DNA of 64,000 nt, taken from contig NC_043005.1 in NCBI RefSeq assembly GCF_006345805.1, positions 77,314,001 through 77,378,000 of the forward strand. The letters run 5' to 3'. Every line of letters starts with the position of its first letter. Positions within the stretch are counted from its first letter, which is position 1. The DNA is from Octopus sinensis. Taxonomy: Eukaryota. The position numbers and the translations under genes are program-made. This document shows, piece by piece, positions 13,160-27,191 of this stretch. A model generated the notes under the pieces. The model was not told the origin of the DNA. It searched no databases and was given only the letters and a program-made list of their open reading frames with translations.

Positions 13160-13950
13160 AAGCTGCGCTTTCAACAATTTAGTTAAGCAAATCAACCACA
13201 GATCATTTTTATATGGTATTTTTTTTATTGTACAGTTCTCAATTACTGAACCGCTAAGTTACCAGGATTTAAACAAACCAACACTTATTTCCAAGCATTG
13301 GTGGGGAACTAACTCAAACACAAAACACGCACACACTCATATCTGTACACATATATACAACGGGATCCCACAAAGTTTCCATTTACTAAACCCATTCACA
13401 AGATATTAGGCAGTGCGAGACAACAGTAGAAGACACTTTTCCAAGGTGCCGCAAAGTAGGGCAAAAATCCGAACTTCGTGGTCACACATATATCCACATA
13501 CACTTACACATACATACGACAATTTCCTCACAGTTTACGTTTACTAAATCCACTCACAGGTCATTAAGCGGGCCGGGACAATAGTAGAAGACACTTCTCG
13601 AAGGTGCTGCAAAGTGGAGCTAAATCCGAAACCACGTGGTTTGAAATATATACGCATGTACACACACAAGCATGTACACACATCGACGGGCTTCAACGCA
13701 GTTTCCGTCTACCAAATTCACTCACCAGATCTAACTTACTTATTTTTACTATTACTTGTTTCAGTCATTTGACTGCGGCCATGCTGGAGCACCGCCTTTA
13801 GTCGAGCAATCGACCTCAGGACTTATTCTTTGTAAGCCTAGTATTTATTCTATCGGTCTCTTTTCCCGAACCGTTAAGTTACGGGGACCTAAACACACCA
13901 GCATCGGTTGTCAAGCGATGTTGTGGGGACAAACACAGACACACACACAC

Positions 13951-13996
<46 letters not shown>

Positions 13997-14240
13997 TACG
14001 ACAGGCTTCTTTCAGTTTCTGTTAACCAAATCCACTCAAAAGGCTTTGGTCGGCCCGAGGCTATAGTAGAAGACACTTGCCCAAGGTACCACGCAGTGGG
14101 ACTGAACCCGGAACCATGTGGTTGGTAAGCAAGCTACTTATCACACAGCCACACCTGCGCTTATATTACATGACACTTGCCCAAGATTCCGCGCAGTAGG
14201 ACTCAACCCGATACTACACGCTTGCAAATCGATCTTCTTA
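13160..14240 (-). mobile_element. Cluster of co-oriented family B SINE copies and fragments; one complete at ~13748-14161
   Basis: The block agtagaagacacttgcccaaggt.ccgc..agt.gg recurs at ~13427, 13583, 14066 and 14173; head aggcgcaggtgtggctgtgtgataagtagcttgcttaccaacc on minus at 14161. Confidence 0.88.
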
Positions 14241-14587
14241 ACCACATAGCAATACCTAGAACAAACTAAATACGGTGGGCGGTTCACACAAATTTCTACA
14301 ATTTTTGCGATTCAGAATTATGTAAACATTATTAGGATGGGATCACCAAGCTGTAATGACTTTAGAGCTTTGTAATAGCAACACATCGATCTTCTTGACA
14401 GTCTAAAATCGATCGCTATTTTGCATAACTTTATGAATCAATTCTCAAGGCCTCTAATTACATCAGACCAATCGATATGTTTGGGTGGAAGTTTATTAAG
14501 AGGAAAATACAACAAAAGAATTCAAATGAAATAGAATCCCTTTTCAGAAAATCTTCAGCTAAGATTTAATTCAGAGAAAACAAAACC

Positions 14588-14636
<49 letters not shown>

Positions 14637-14637
14637 T

Positions 14638-14671
<34 letters not shown>

Positions 14672-14692
14672 GTAATAATAATAGTAATAACA

Positions 14693-14740
<48 letters not shown>

Positions 14741-14769
14741 GTGATGATTATAATAATCATAATAATAAC

Positions 14770-14804
<35 letters not shown>

Positions 14805-14883
14805 TAATAATAATAATGATAATGATAATAATAATAATGATAATAATAATAATAATTATAATAATAATAATAATAATAATAAT

Positions 14884-14915
<32 letters not shown>

Positions 14916-14939
14916 AATAATAATAATAATAATAATAAT

Positions 14940-15019
<80 letters not shown>

Positions 15020-15020
15020 T
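14588..15020. repeat. Long (AAT)n/(GAT)n trinucleotide tract
   Basis: Direct reading. Confidence 0.95.
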
Positions 15021-15482
15021 AATTAGCAGTTATCTTTTATCTTTTACTCAGTCATTAGAATGCTGCCATGATGAAGGACCGCCTCGATAGGTTTGGGTCG
15101 AAAGAATCGACGCCAGAACTTACTTCTGAAACCTGGTACTTATGGTTCTCTGTCTTTTTAGCCGAAATGCTAGTTACACAAGTACAAACAAACCAACAAT
15201 GGTGTTGAACAGCGGGATGGAGAACAAGCAGAAAGACACAAACACATGTATACAGAAATATACACACATACATACATACTTACATATACACACATATACA
15301 TACATACGTATACATACATGAATACACACATATACACGCATACATGCACATATATACACACACATCCATACATATACATACATACATACATACATTCATA
15401 CATTCATACATACATACATACATACATACATAAATACATACATACATACATACATACATACATACATGCATACATGCATGCT

Positions 15483-15577
15483 TGGTATTGGTCACATTCT
15501 AAGGAAGGTACTACCTATCTGAGGTCCTTGTAACTGGACCTCCGGTGCATTTTCCATTTATACTCTATGACAAAGTA
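15483..15577 (+). mobile_element. R4/Dong-like 3' end (second subfamily) followed by (ACT)n(AAT)n
   Basis: Peptide GIGHILRKVLPI* (cf. LGTAHILRKVL) followed by a short UTR and a trinucleotide tail. Confidence 0.55.
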
Positions 15578-15601
15578 ATAACAACAACAGCAACTACTAC
15601 A

Positions 15602-15699
<98 letters not shown>

Positions 15700-16029
15700 T
15701 GATGATGAACATAAAAGAAGGGAAATCGCTAGAATACAAGAATGAAAAAGTGTGCGAAGGAAGAACTATAAGCAAGAGAAATATCAATAATAAGCAACAG
15801 GAAGAAATATTCTATCTACATTAGAAAGTAAATGTAAAGTGTGTTCAGGCACCATTATTTTTCACATTAAAAATCTGAGCAACAGGCGCTGGCGTAGCGG
15901 TGTGGTAAGAAGTTTGGCTTCCCGACGCATGGTTTCGAGTTATGACACACTAGGTGGCACCTTAGTTTGGTCTCTACTACTGCAGGATTCGGGTCAACAA
16001 AAGCCTTGTGATTGGCATGACTTGATGAA

Positions 16030-16062
<33 letters not shown>

Positions 16063-16093
16063 TAAACACACACACACACACACACACACACAC

Positions 16094-16150
<57 letters not shown>

Positions 16151-16432
16151 ATATGTATTTATGTGAGTATATTCCACTGATTAAAGCAGATTATTTCTTA
16201 TGCAGAGCCAGAAATACGGGATCTAGAATTATCCAGTACTTTTTTTTTCTAGTTTATTTTGTCTCTATGTCTTCTCTCATGGTGCTGTTTGAACATTTAA
16301 TGTGATTTTAGAGTCATGTTTTGGCTGCTATTTCCAGTGTGGTAGTATCTCTTAAATACCCTAAAATATAATTTTAATAATAATTATTACCTTTGGGGGT
16401 TTTTGTTCCCATGCAGGGATAAGATCGGTATT

Positions 16433-16466
<34 letters not shown>

Positions 16467-16471
<5 letters not shown>

Positions 16472-17010
16472 GCTGCAGAGAAAAAATTGTCGTCTAAATT
16501 ACGCAAAAATGAAAATTAGGTTTACATCTCATTTTAACAGATATATTTACCAAAATTACATAAATTATCTTGAAATACTAAAGAGTAAATTTATTTTTAA
16601 AAAATCGCCATTGGCTTCGACCACGGTCTCCAGACGACTTAGGAATCTCCTGAAAATCTTCTTGACAGTCTCTTTAAGTTGGTGAGTGCTGCCAAAAAGC
16701 TTTGCCTTCAGTTCATCTTTGGTGTTACTAGGCGTTTTGTTGGTCTCTCACTCAACTACGACCCACCCATAATAAACAAGGGGTTTGCAGTCTAAGGAGT
16801 TAGGTAGCATGATGTTAGAGTTGTGGTTGCAGAAATTGTCTGACAACAATGATTGGGTACTCCTGCTTGTGTGGCATGGTGCAGAGTCCTGTTGCCAGAC
16901 ATAGGATTTTCCAACAGCCACCCTTTTGACTCAGAGTAGCACCACCACCTCCAGGTATTTGATGTAGACCTCCGTGTTGACACTGAGGCTGCGTCAGAGA
17001 AAGCAATCTA
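16467..17010 (-). mobile_element. Mariner (maT/DD37D-like) transposon 3' remnant
   Basis: Minus: NTEVYIKYLEVVVLL*VKRVAVGKSYVWQQDSAPCHTSRSTQSLLSDNF..LPNSLDCKPLVYYGW..E*ETNKTPSNTKDELKAK..FLSRLETVVEANGDFF; the third catalytic D is mutated; the element ends at a TA run at 16466. Confidence 0.85.
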
Positions 17011-17139
17011 ATTAATATTCTTGAATGTTTTCAGTAAAAGCTGCCAGTAGATATTCTGTCAAGAGAATGGATGCAGTGGTTAGTGTGGAATGGAACAGGC
17101 AGGAGTGTGACGCGATATACGAGATGGTAATGAGTGGGT

Positions 17140-17359
17140 TCCTTGGAGGTGTATTGTAGTAGTAGTGGTGGTGGTATTGGTGGTGCTGGTGCTGGTGCTG
17201 GTGATGGTAGAAGCAGTAGTTGTAGTGGTGGTGGTGGTGGTGGTAGTTGCAGCGGTGGCGGCGGCGGTAGTGGTCTAGTGGTTGCGGTGGTGGTAGTTGT
17301 GGTGGTAGTGGTGATAGTATTATTATTATTAGTATTATTGTTATTATTATTATTATTAT

Positions 17360-17420
<61 letters not shown>

Positions 17421-17480
17421 TGAAGGAACAGGAGCAGGGGAGCAAGAGGAGGTGGAGGAAAAGGTATTAGCAGTAGTAGT
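17140..17480. repeat. (GGT)n/(TAT)n/(AGT)n compound microsatellite
   Basis: Direct reading. Confidence 0.9.
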
Positions 17481-17482
17481 AA

Positions 17483-17713
17483 AGGCGGCGAGCTGGCAGA
17501 AACGTTAGCACGCCGGGCGAAATGCTTAGCGGTATTTCGTCTGCCTTACGTTGTGAGTTCAAATTCCGCCGAGGTCGACTTTGCCTTTCATCCTTTCGGG
17601 GTCGATAAATTAAGTACCAATCACGCACAGGGGTCGATGTAATCGACTTAATACCTATGTCTGTCCTTGTTTGTCCCCTCTGTGTTTAGCCCCTTGTGGG
17701 TAATAAAGAAATA
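17483..17713 (+). mobile_element. Full-length young family A SINE with 16-bp TSD
   Basis: TSD ggtattagcagtagta at 17463-17478 and 17714-17729; near-consensus body. Confidence 0.95.
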
Positions 17714-17875
17714 GGTATTAGCAGTAGTACGAATGAGGAGAGGAAGCTGGCTCGTCTTACTCTAGGGGTTGGTATTGGAGAACATAATTTCAGTTGAGCG
17801 GACGTCCTGTATTTGGACATGGTCTCAATATGTGTAAACACACAAAAAACACATAGACACACACACCCAAGTGTA

Positions 17876-18200
17876 CATACACACAGAGACTCGGATGCAC
17901 ACACACACATACACACACAATACGTACATACACACAGATGCTCACATACACACAAGTACACACAAATACACACATGCACGCAGACTCATACATGAACACA
18001 TACACACATATACGTACATACACACAGAGACTCGGATGCACACACACACATACACACACAATACGTACATACACACAGATGCTCACATACACACAAGCAC
18101 ACACAAATACACACATGCACGCAGACTCATACATGAACACATACACACATATACGTACATACACACAGAGGCTCGCATGCACACACACACACACACACAT
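17876..18200. repeat. 141-bp tandem repeat (~2.3 units) built from CA-rich sequence
   Basis: catacacacagag.ctcg starts at 17876, 18017 and 18158; units nearly identical. Confidence 0.9.
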
Positions 18201-18259
18201 ACATGCATGCAGAGGCTTACAAACACACACACATACATAGCTGTAGTCTGATCAAAAAC

Positions 18260-18620
18260 TACAGCACATCAATTCGGCATTTAATATCCTTCAAAGCAGA
18301 CCTCTTCTGAAGGTCACGTACTTTATTCAATGTGGACTCTATCGTCTGAAGTTCAACCGAACAGTTTCCTTTTTAAAATCATTAATTTCAGGTTGTTATA
18401 GTCGACTACAGATGTATACCAGACAAGTAAAGATGAAACTATCTCTCTTCCCAGCTGTCTAGCTGCAATGTATTCTGTGTTCCCCTGGCTCAAGTACAAC
18501 AGGGTCGGGTCAAGAGTCAGGAGAGTGTCACTGTCTGCTTGGGTATACTCGGGCAATCGAAAGCAATTAGCAAATGAACGGTACACGCTGGTAGAAGACT
18601 GAAGCAGTCATAATCACTAA
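18260..18620 (-). mobile_element. Possible decayed RTE LINE RT fragment
   Basis: Weak resemblance of minus translations (..RSFANCFRL.., DSFIFTCLVYI.., FG*TSDDRVH) to the RTE region after YADD. Confidence 0.3.
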
Positions 18621-18757
18621 TGTGTAAGGAATGTGATGTGTGCGTGTGTGTGTGTGTGTGTGTGCACCGAAAGCATATGTGTGTGTATGCGTGTGTGTGC
18701 GTGTGCGTGTATATGCGTTTGGTTGTGTGTGCGTGTATATATATATATATATTTATG

Positions 18758-18794
<37 letters not shown>

Positions 18795-19029
18795 GTATGC
18801 GCCTATATATATATACGTGTGTGTGTATGTATTTGTGTGTAGGTATGTGTACATATAGATTTGCGTACATTACATTTATTATGTGTGTGTGTATACACAC
18901 ACACACATATATATTCATACATACATACATACAAATACACAACACACACACACACACACACACTCATACACACATATATGTATATATAAAAAAGTTCAAC
19001 TTTTTCAGATTGCTAGTTTGGCAAGAATT

Positions 19030-20175
19030 ATTATCTAAACCTGGTAAAGTGGCAATCGGACAGAATCGTTAGCACGCCAGGCGAAATGTTTATCGGTATT
19101 TCGTCCGATTTTACGTCCTGAGTTCAAATGTGTCCAGATCTTTACCTTTCATCTAACTGAGTATCGATAAAACAATTACCAGTGTTCAACTGGAGTTTGA
19201 TATAAATGACATGCCCGCCGCCTCAAAATTGCAGAACTTATGCCAAAATTTGAAACGAATATTCTTTTCTACTCTCGACACAAGGCTCGTAAGTTTTGGG
19301 GAAGGGAGCCAGTCGATTAGTTCGACCCCAGTACGCAATTGGTACTTAATTTATTAACCCTGAAAGGCAAAGTCGTCCTCGGTAGAATTTGAACTCAGAA
19401 CGTAAAGACAGACGAAATATCGCTAAGCATTTCGCCCGGCGTGCTAGCGTTTCTTATCTCTATATTGCCCACAAGGGGCTAAACATAGAGGGGACAAGCA
19501 AGGACAGACAAAGGGATTAAGTCAATTACATCGGCCCCAGTAAGTAACTGCTACTTAATTAATTGACCCCGAAAGGATGAAAGGCTAAGTTGACCTCAGC
19601 GGAATTTGATCTCAGAACGTAACGGCAGACGAAATACTGCTAAGCATTTCGCCCGGTGTGCTAAAGTTTCTGCCAGCTCGCCGCCTTATTTGAAACGAAT
19701 ATTCTTTTCTACTCTAGGCACAAGGTTCGAAATTTTGGGGAAGAGGGCTAGTCGATAAGATCTTCCCCAGTATGCAACTGGTACTTAATTAACCACTCCT
19801 AAAGGATGAAAGGCAAAGTCAACCTCAGTGGAATTTTGAACTAAGAACGTATGGACAGACGAAATACCTATTTGTTTACTACCCACAAGGAGCTAAACAG
19901 AGAGAGGACAAACAAGTACAGACAAACCGCCATATTTGAAACGAGTATCATCTAAGCACGGTAGACTGGCGAGATTGCAAAGTCCTTTGCACACCAGGAT
20001 TAATGCTTAGCGGCATTTTCATCATCTTTACGTTGTATTCAAATTCCGTCAAGGTTCCTTTTGCATTTCATCCTCACTGGGTCGATAAATTAAGTACCAG
20101 TTCAGCACTGGGATCGATGTAATCTACTTATCCCCTTCCTTGAAAACCCTGGCATTGTGCCAAAATTTGAAACCA
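19030..20175. mobile_element. Nested cluster of about six family A SINEs in both orientations
   Basis: + copy ~19040-19262; minus copies 19262-19685 and 19703-19930; + copy ~19960-20175; atttgaaacga(a/g)tat repeated at ~19247, 19688 and 19935. Confidence 0.88.
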
Positions 20176-20541
20176 ATATATCTAAGCTCGGATATTAGGT
20201 TAAAAGAACTCTCTCACGCACCCACGTATATACACCCTCATACATACAAATATATATATATACATGCAAACTCACAAAACTTCATACATAGGGATATATG
20301 TATGCATGTATGCATTTATGCATGTATGTATGTATCTATGTACGTACGTATGTATGTATGCATGTAAATGTGTATTGACATTTAGCCAAGGAAAACAATG
20401 GTGTCCTGATGATTTTCGACTTATCTGACATTTATGATCAATTTTTGCTCATGTGCTGTCTTATCGTTCTTTGTACGTTGAACACTCTCTAGCGCCGGTT
20501 TGTATTGTTTCAATAGAAATTATAGGAAGAGTTTTTAAAAC

Positions 20542-20633
20542 CTGTTGAAGGAGAAGTCTGTAGTTTAGTAACAACAGCTTCACTAACGTCAGTATTCATT
20601 AATAATGTTTGTTCTGAGACATTTAATACCATG
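20542..20633 (-). other. Candidate 92-bp exon (weak)
   Basis: Acceptor cacgttttatag|, open frame MVLNVSEQTLLMNTDVSEAVVTKLQTSPST, weak donor CAG|gtttta. Confidence 0.2.
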
Positions 20634-20650
20634 CTATAAAACGTGATTAT

Positions 20651-20718
<68 letters not shown>

Positions 20719-20999
20719 CACACACACACACAACACACACAGACAGACATGCTCACTAATCTGCACTCGAACGCTGACACATATATGCATATACCTGTAC
20801 GCATATATATGTGTGTAGTGTATATATTATGCCACACACGCGACATATACATTTGTATTTATACATTATGCATAGATATATATATATATATATATATAAA
20901 TATATATATATACATACATATGTACATATATATACACACATTTGTCAGTATGTATATATACTAAAATTTATAGAAAACTGAATAATATTCATATACATT

Positions 21000-21038
<39 letters not shown>

Positions 21039-21594
21039 TAAAATTAACTAACACACATATTTATATGTAATGGCATTTATGTACGGTATAAATGTATGTT
21101 TGTGTGAAAATACGCGTATAACGCTTGACTACTCAACAGTATATACATACATATATATATAAATACATATATACATGCAAACATGTGTGTGTGTGTGTGT
21201 GTATGTGTGCTTGCGCATGAATATATGTGTGTTTATCATACCTATTTCATACGAAAAAGGCCATCAACTGTATTAGTATCCCCAGCGCCACCCATCGACA
21301 TCAGCAACAGTACGAGCAGCAGCAGCAGCAGTATCGTCACCACCTCCACCACCACCAACAGGAATTCTTTTACTTCAGAATCTCTTTAAAAAAACAAACA
21401 AAAGAATCTGGCATTCATTCACGTATGATTGATAGCAAGACCAAACATAACATGCAGATTAATTTCTGCTTCTTGACTGGTGGACATAAATAAACCCTCC
21501 CAATACTTGACAGCATTAAATAGAGATGAAATGGCCTCTGCGCTAGCATACGTACGCCAATACACATACGATGAGGCACATACACACACACACA

Positions 21595-21629
<35 letters not shown>

Positions 21630-22657
21630 CACACACACGCACACACACACATAAGCACACATATGCATGTATGTATATATGTTTATATACATGTGTGTGT
21701 ATGCATGTAGGTAAATATGTGGATATATATATATAATACCCGTATGTCAAATACCAGGAAACAAATTGCTTGACTTATTAAAATCATCTCTGCCTCTAGA
21801 TTTATCTTAATTACCATATGACAGTTTTAATGAGATTTGTATTTGAGAAGGGGAGATAACTTTAATATCTAAATATTCTCCAAAACTGACATGCTGTTTA
21901 GTGATCAGCTTAATGTCAAGACATAAGGGGAGGCTACTAGATATTTGTCTCTGCCTAAATGATCTACATCAGCGGGATAATTTTCCGACCTTATCTCCAG
22001 TACCCAAAACACTTAGACTTATACAAGCACACAACGGAAAACGGTTATGGCTTAATGTGTGTGTGTATGCCTTTGTGTGTGTATGCATGCGTTTGAGTAT
22101 TATGTATCATCTAAGAACCACTCTCATATAAGAAAATCATGGCGTTGTAAAACGGTGAGCTTAATCATAGTCTATTAAGGAAATGATTCGTTTCATTTAA
22201 TCTCATGGTTTGCATATACAGCTCGCCATACGCGTGAAACTGGTAATTGTAAGTAGTATAGAAATAGTTTGAATGTGATATCAAGGAAGAATGCGGTCGT
22301 AGTCCTTCGGGACAGAGTTTTAAATGAAGGGTTTCTAATGTAAAAGGCGATAATTTAGACATATAAAGAGAAATATTAAATGTGATAGAGAAGGAAATAC
22401 GGGAGTGAAGATGTATAGGAAGAGAGGGGATTGTGTGGGAGACAGATAAAGATAGTGTGTGTGTGAGAGGGAGAGAGAGAGAGAGACAGACAGACGTTTG
22501 AACAGATAGATAGATAAATAGATAAATAGATGGATAGATAGCTAGATAGATAAATAGATAGATAGATACGTACATACATACATACATACATATATGACAG
22601 CTAGCTAGTTACATAGATAGATTAATAGAGAGAGAGAAAGAAACAGACAGACAAAAT

Positions 22658-22735
<78 letters not shown>

Positions 22736-23232
22736 CAGTATGAAGAATCAACGGTTAAGAATGGTAATATTTCGCATAGACAAAAATTGTTTTAAATATA
22801 ACCACGTAGGCGCAAGAGAATGAAAACCAGAGTAGAACAAGTGTGAAGAAACTGTCAGATGTAAAATAAAACTCTCTAAGAAGGGGGGAAAGTGTAAATA
22901 GCTCGAAGCCTCAAAGTAGAAAGACTTCGGAAAAAATTGTGTCCAAAATATAACAAGCATTTTTAGGGAAAAATATAAATTTTGTTATTGAAGCTATGTT
23001 TATCAAACTAAAATTACAACACCAAAATGTAAACATAAACATGCTCCTTAACACATTTTAAGATATTTTATATTTGCTACATTTTTTTACACAATGTTTT
23101 CTATTCTAAATTCTAGTTACATAGTATAAAGCCGACTGTCTTCATATATACGTGTGTGTGTGTGCGTTTGTGCATGTGTGTGTAAGTATATATATATATA
23201 TTTATCATTTTACATATGAATATATAAATATA

Positions 23233-23312
<80 letters not shown>

Positions 23313-23334
23313 GTATGTATGTGTATGCATAGAG

Positions 23335-23640
23335 AGGAGTGTGGAGTGGAGGCAGCTGAAGTCGTAGAAAACGCAGAGGCCAAGTCTATCATGTTGGTAG
23401 ATTTACAGTAAGAAATAGATAGGGGGGGGCAATCAGGGTGGGAGAAGCAAAGTAGGGAAGAAATAGGAGATGAGCTGGTGACTAGATGAGGATAACAGGT
23501 GTTGCAGGAGATGGTATGAACTGTTGCGGGACGATTGAGGGGAGTTCGGGAGCTGTCTGAAGGTCTAACGTCCGAAATGTGAGATATATCGTTGCAGCGA
23601 GATTTAGCTGGTATGCGGTGACCGATGATAGAACAACAGA
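23335..23640 (-). mobile_element. Penelope-like element fragment, region just upstream of the GIY-YIG endonuclease
   Basis: Minus peptide ..ISCNTCYPHLVTSSSPISS...SISYCKSTNMI.. resembles PLE 'CNTCP....FSCTSSNVIY'. Confidence 0.5.
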
Positions 23641-23986
23641 AACAACAATACAAAAAAAAAATCAAAGATTACCAGGTAAATTTTTGTTACCTCATCTTAC
23701 AGTCCATGTTCCATTGTTTAATCATCTCTCTCTTTCAACGTTAGATATGTGTGTGTGCGTGTGTGTGTATGTATGTATATATGCATGTGTGTATGTATGT
23801 ATGTATGTATGTATGTATGTATGTGTATGTATGTATAAAAGTGAGTTTGGAAGGGAATATTACCCTATCTTGGCGGATGCAGAATTGGCTCTCAGCTAAG
23901 TTCCAGTTAACGGCAAACCACAATGATCAGTGTTTAACGTCTGTGACTACAATTTGTTATTAGTCACTCCGTGAATTCTTCTGGCA

Positions 23987-24024
<38 letters not shown>

Positions 24025-24053
24025 AATATATATATATATATTATATATTGTAG

Positions 24054-24190
24054 AAAATCAAAATAAGTAACATGATATCAAGTATTAGTGCATACGTCTG
24101 TAATGCTTAAATTGATGCAATGGACTAAATGGAGCCGCTTGAAACGGTCGTATTGCTCCAATACTTGATATCCTGTTACATTTTGATTTT
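24054..24190. repeat. Imperfect ~43-bp inverted repeat with ~52-nt spacer
   Basis: aaaatcaaaataagtaacatgatatcaagtattagtgcatacg vs reverse complement aaaatcaaaatgtaacaggatatcaagtattggagcaatacg. Confidence 0.8.
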
Positions 24191-24268
24191 ATTCACCTTG
24201 CTTCGGGCTGTGAAGATAATGCCAGACTGACTTGGTGCCTCAACTTAAGTACCTAATTCAACTGAACC

Positions 24269-24318
<50 letters not shown>

Positions 24319-24722
24319 GTGTGTGTGTGTGTGTATACTTACATATAAAGTGTGTGTTTGTGAGTAGGTGAGGTGTGGTGTGGTGTGTGTGTGTGTATTT
24401 CCGCGCATTGAATAGAGGAATTCTTAAAAATGGGACTTGGAGTGCAGAACATAAGGTTTCTTCATTGGTGAAAATGGAAAGAAAAACTCTGTTTAAGCAA
24501 ATGGTTATTTAGATTTAGTCCACCACGATAAAGATGAAAGAGAAGCTCTGAAGTGAGAGAGGAAGCAAAAAATAATGAAAAAAAAACGTGTACTTAGTTA
24601 AAAAAAAAAAAACAGCACATGATAGAGAATATATTATAGAACAAAGTAGACCATCTTAGTTAAAATCTTCTAAAACGGTCTAGAACTGTTATGAAAGACA
24701 GTACATGAAAATTAATATAGTG

Positions 24723-24772
<50 letters not shown>

Positions 24773-24827
24773 ATTTTTTTGTCTCTAGTTTCAGATCAGA
24801 GCTGCGGCCATGCTGATGCACCGCCGT

Positions 24828-24864
<37 letters not shown>

Positions 24865-25693
24865 ATATATCATATACATATGTATGTGTGTGTATGTATG
24901 TGTGTGTGTGCTATTGATAGGTAAATTTCTTCTTTATTGATGCTGAGAATCACCATCTGCTATAAAAAAGATTTAATCTTTGAATCTATGTTTTCTTTTT
25001 CACCCAATTCTGATAAGTATGGTTTTATGTGCTTGAATGTAGAGCTTCCTTATGTGCGTGTTTTGAGTTCCATTGTCTATCTCTAAATATATGTGTGTGC
25101 GTGTGTGTGTATACATATATATATGTATTCATATATCCTTATGTATATGTATATGCAAATTGCAAACAGACGTACACTACACCCACATATATGTACATAC
25201 ATATTTATGTATACTTATGTGTATACATTCATATATCAATTAGATTCCGTAACAGAGAAAACATCAGACTTTCACAATCACGTGCGCGTACGTATATATC
25301 TCTCACGAAAACATCCTCATATTCATACTTATCAAAATTTGACGCAAGAGACCGTATGAATATAAAGATTAATTATTTATCATAATGGTCGTCTTCGATA
25401 CTAATATAGCTAAAGTAATCTATTCTCGTCTCGATAGTATTAATTTTCTTGTTCCAAACCTTAATGTAAAATTCACTCTCTGTCAGACCTTACTACAGCA
25501 TCTACCAATTAACAATGTATTTCAAACATAGCATTTCAAACATAGAAAATTGTGCCTCCCTAAGGCACTGATATACTGAACAATCTTAATAATTGCAGAC
25601 AATATGGAAAGTGCCTATATATATAAGTTGAATACATACGAACACATATATATATATACATATATTCATGCATACATGCATACATACATTACA

Positions 25694-25724
<31 letters not shown>

Positions 25725-26032
25725 CACATACATACATACATACATACATACATACATACGTATTGTTTTTGGTTTTTTTTGTCATTTGCATGTTTTGTTT
25801 GTAGAATGCTAAAAATCGTATTTCGGTCAAGGTATATAATATGAAAAATCAAAATATGAACAAACACAGCTGTTTACTCTTCTCGCCGGAGGAAGGGCAA
25901 ATGTCACTGTTTTCTGAGTGATGTTAATTAATGCAATGTTGTCTATAATATATGTAACATTTAACAATGAACAGCTGGTAATGATGTGTTGAAACAATTG
26001 TAGTGATGTGGAACAAATCATATTCTGATTAC

Positions 26033-26183
26033 CTATACATATAAATTTGACATGGGTGATTCTTTCTTGTCTTGAGATTCACGGCCAAACGGTTGGGTAG
26101 AATTGCGCGAAAAATTACACGGATGGGTAGCATGATCCGGTTGCAATGCTGGGCTTTGCATTTTTTCATAGCTCCCATGATTA
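26033..26183 (-). other. Candidate 151-bp exon (weak)
   Basis: Acceptor attatttcag|, donor TAG|gtaatc; two open frames (IMGAMKKCK..CQIYMY, or NHGSYEKMQSP..SNLYV*); GC locally elevated. Confidence 0.2.
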
Positions 26184-26790
26184 CTGAAATAATTGGCTAT
26201 GATAATATTCTTGTGTTTATGAATGTTTATGATGAAAATTGTACGCTGAAATAAGTAAATGAAATAGCGTTTCAACGCTGTGTGAATATATGTTTGTGTA
26301 TGTAAAAGGGGGTATGTGAATGTGTGAGTGTGCGTGTGTGTATGTTTGTGTTTTTGTGCGTGGGCGCACGCAATGGAAGTGGGATGGTTCATCATTGTTC
26401 GTTTATTTTTTGATTTGGTTGAATCCTGATTGTTGTTTTTTTGCTCAGTTATTTTTAGCATTTTGACAGAAACAAGTAATTCTAAAACTGATTTTCAACG
26501 TAAGCGTGCCCAAACAAGTCGAATGCTTGCACAGAGCAGGTTTTACAGCCATATCCAAACCGACCGTGTGAAACCGGGCTTAGCTGCTAATATATATATC
26601 AACTGAACATGCTATATTTCACATCACTGCAATAATTTTGACAATATACGAAGAAAGATATTTTACAATATATTTCTTCAAAAGGCTTAATTAAACATAA
26701 ATATTGATAAAATAAAGACCTTTCATAGTACATCGACCGCCATGACAGACCTTTACTTTTATTTCGAGTATCTACATCACATACATTATT

Positions 26791-26839
<49 letters not shown>

Positions 26840-27087
26840 ATATATATATATTTAGTCGTTGACTATTTTCTCTTTTCCACCAGGCCGCTGGTAGCGATAA
26901 ATTTCTATTGAATTTTTTTGCTACCCTAAATTGACTAATTGATAATTTTCTGAATAATTCTGAGATTGAATCGGCAGTTTATATTTACTGCTGATAAGTT
27001 TGGCGCGAATACGTCAGTCTTGAAAATTTTAAGACTATATTCCGTAGGCATCGATACAGACGCCTCGTGTATATTTGTCTCTCCCAG

Positions 27088-27191
27088 GTTTTTTACTGAT
27101 GAAGTGTAACCTATGGTAGATTGGCTTAATTTAATTTAATTAAGCTAATTTAATCATTAATGACACAGAAACGTTGCAACGTCTAAAAGAT
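27088..27191 (+). ncRNA. Type I hammerhead ribozyme motif, copy 1
   Basis: Stem I gtttttta (27088-95) pairs with taaaagat (27184-91); CUGAUGA 27096-27102; stem II GTGT 27104-07 / ACAC 27163-66; GAAA 27168-71; palindromic stem III ACGTTGCAACGT 27171-82; GUC 27181-83. Confidence 0.8.
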
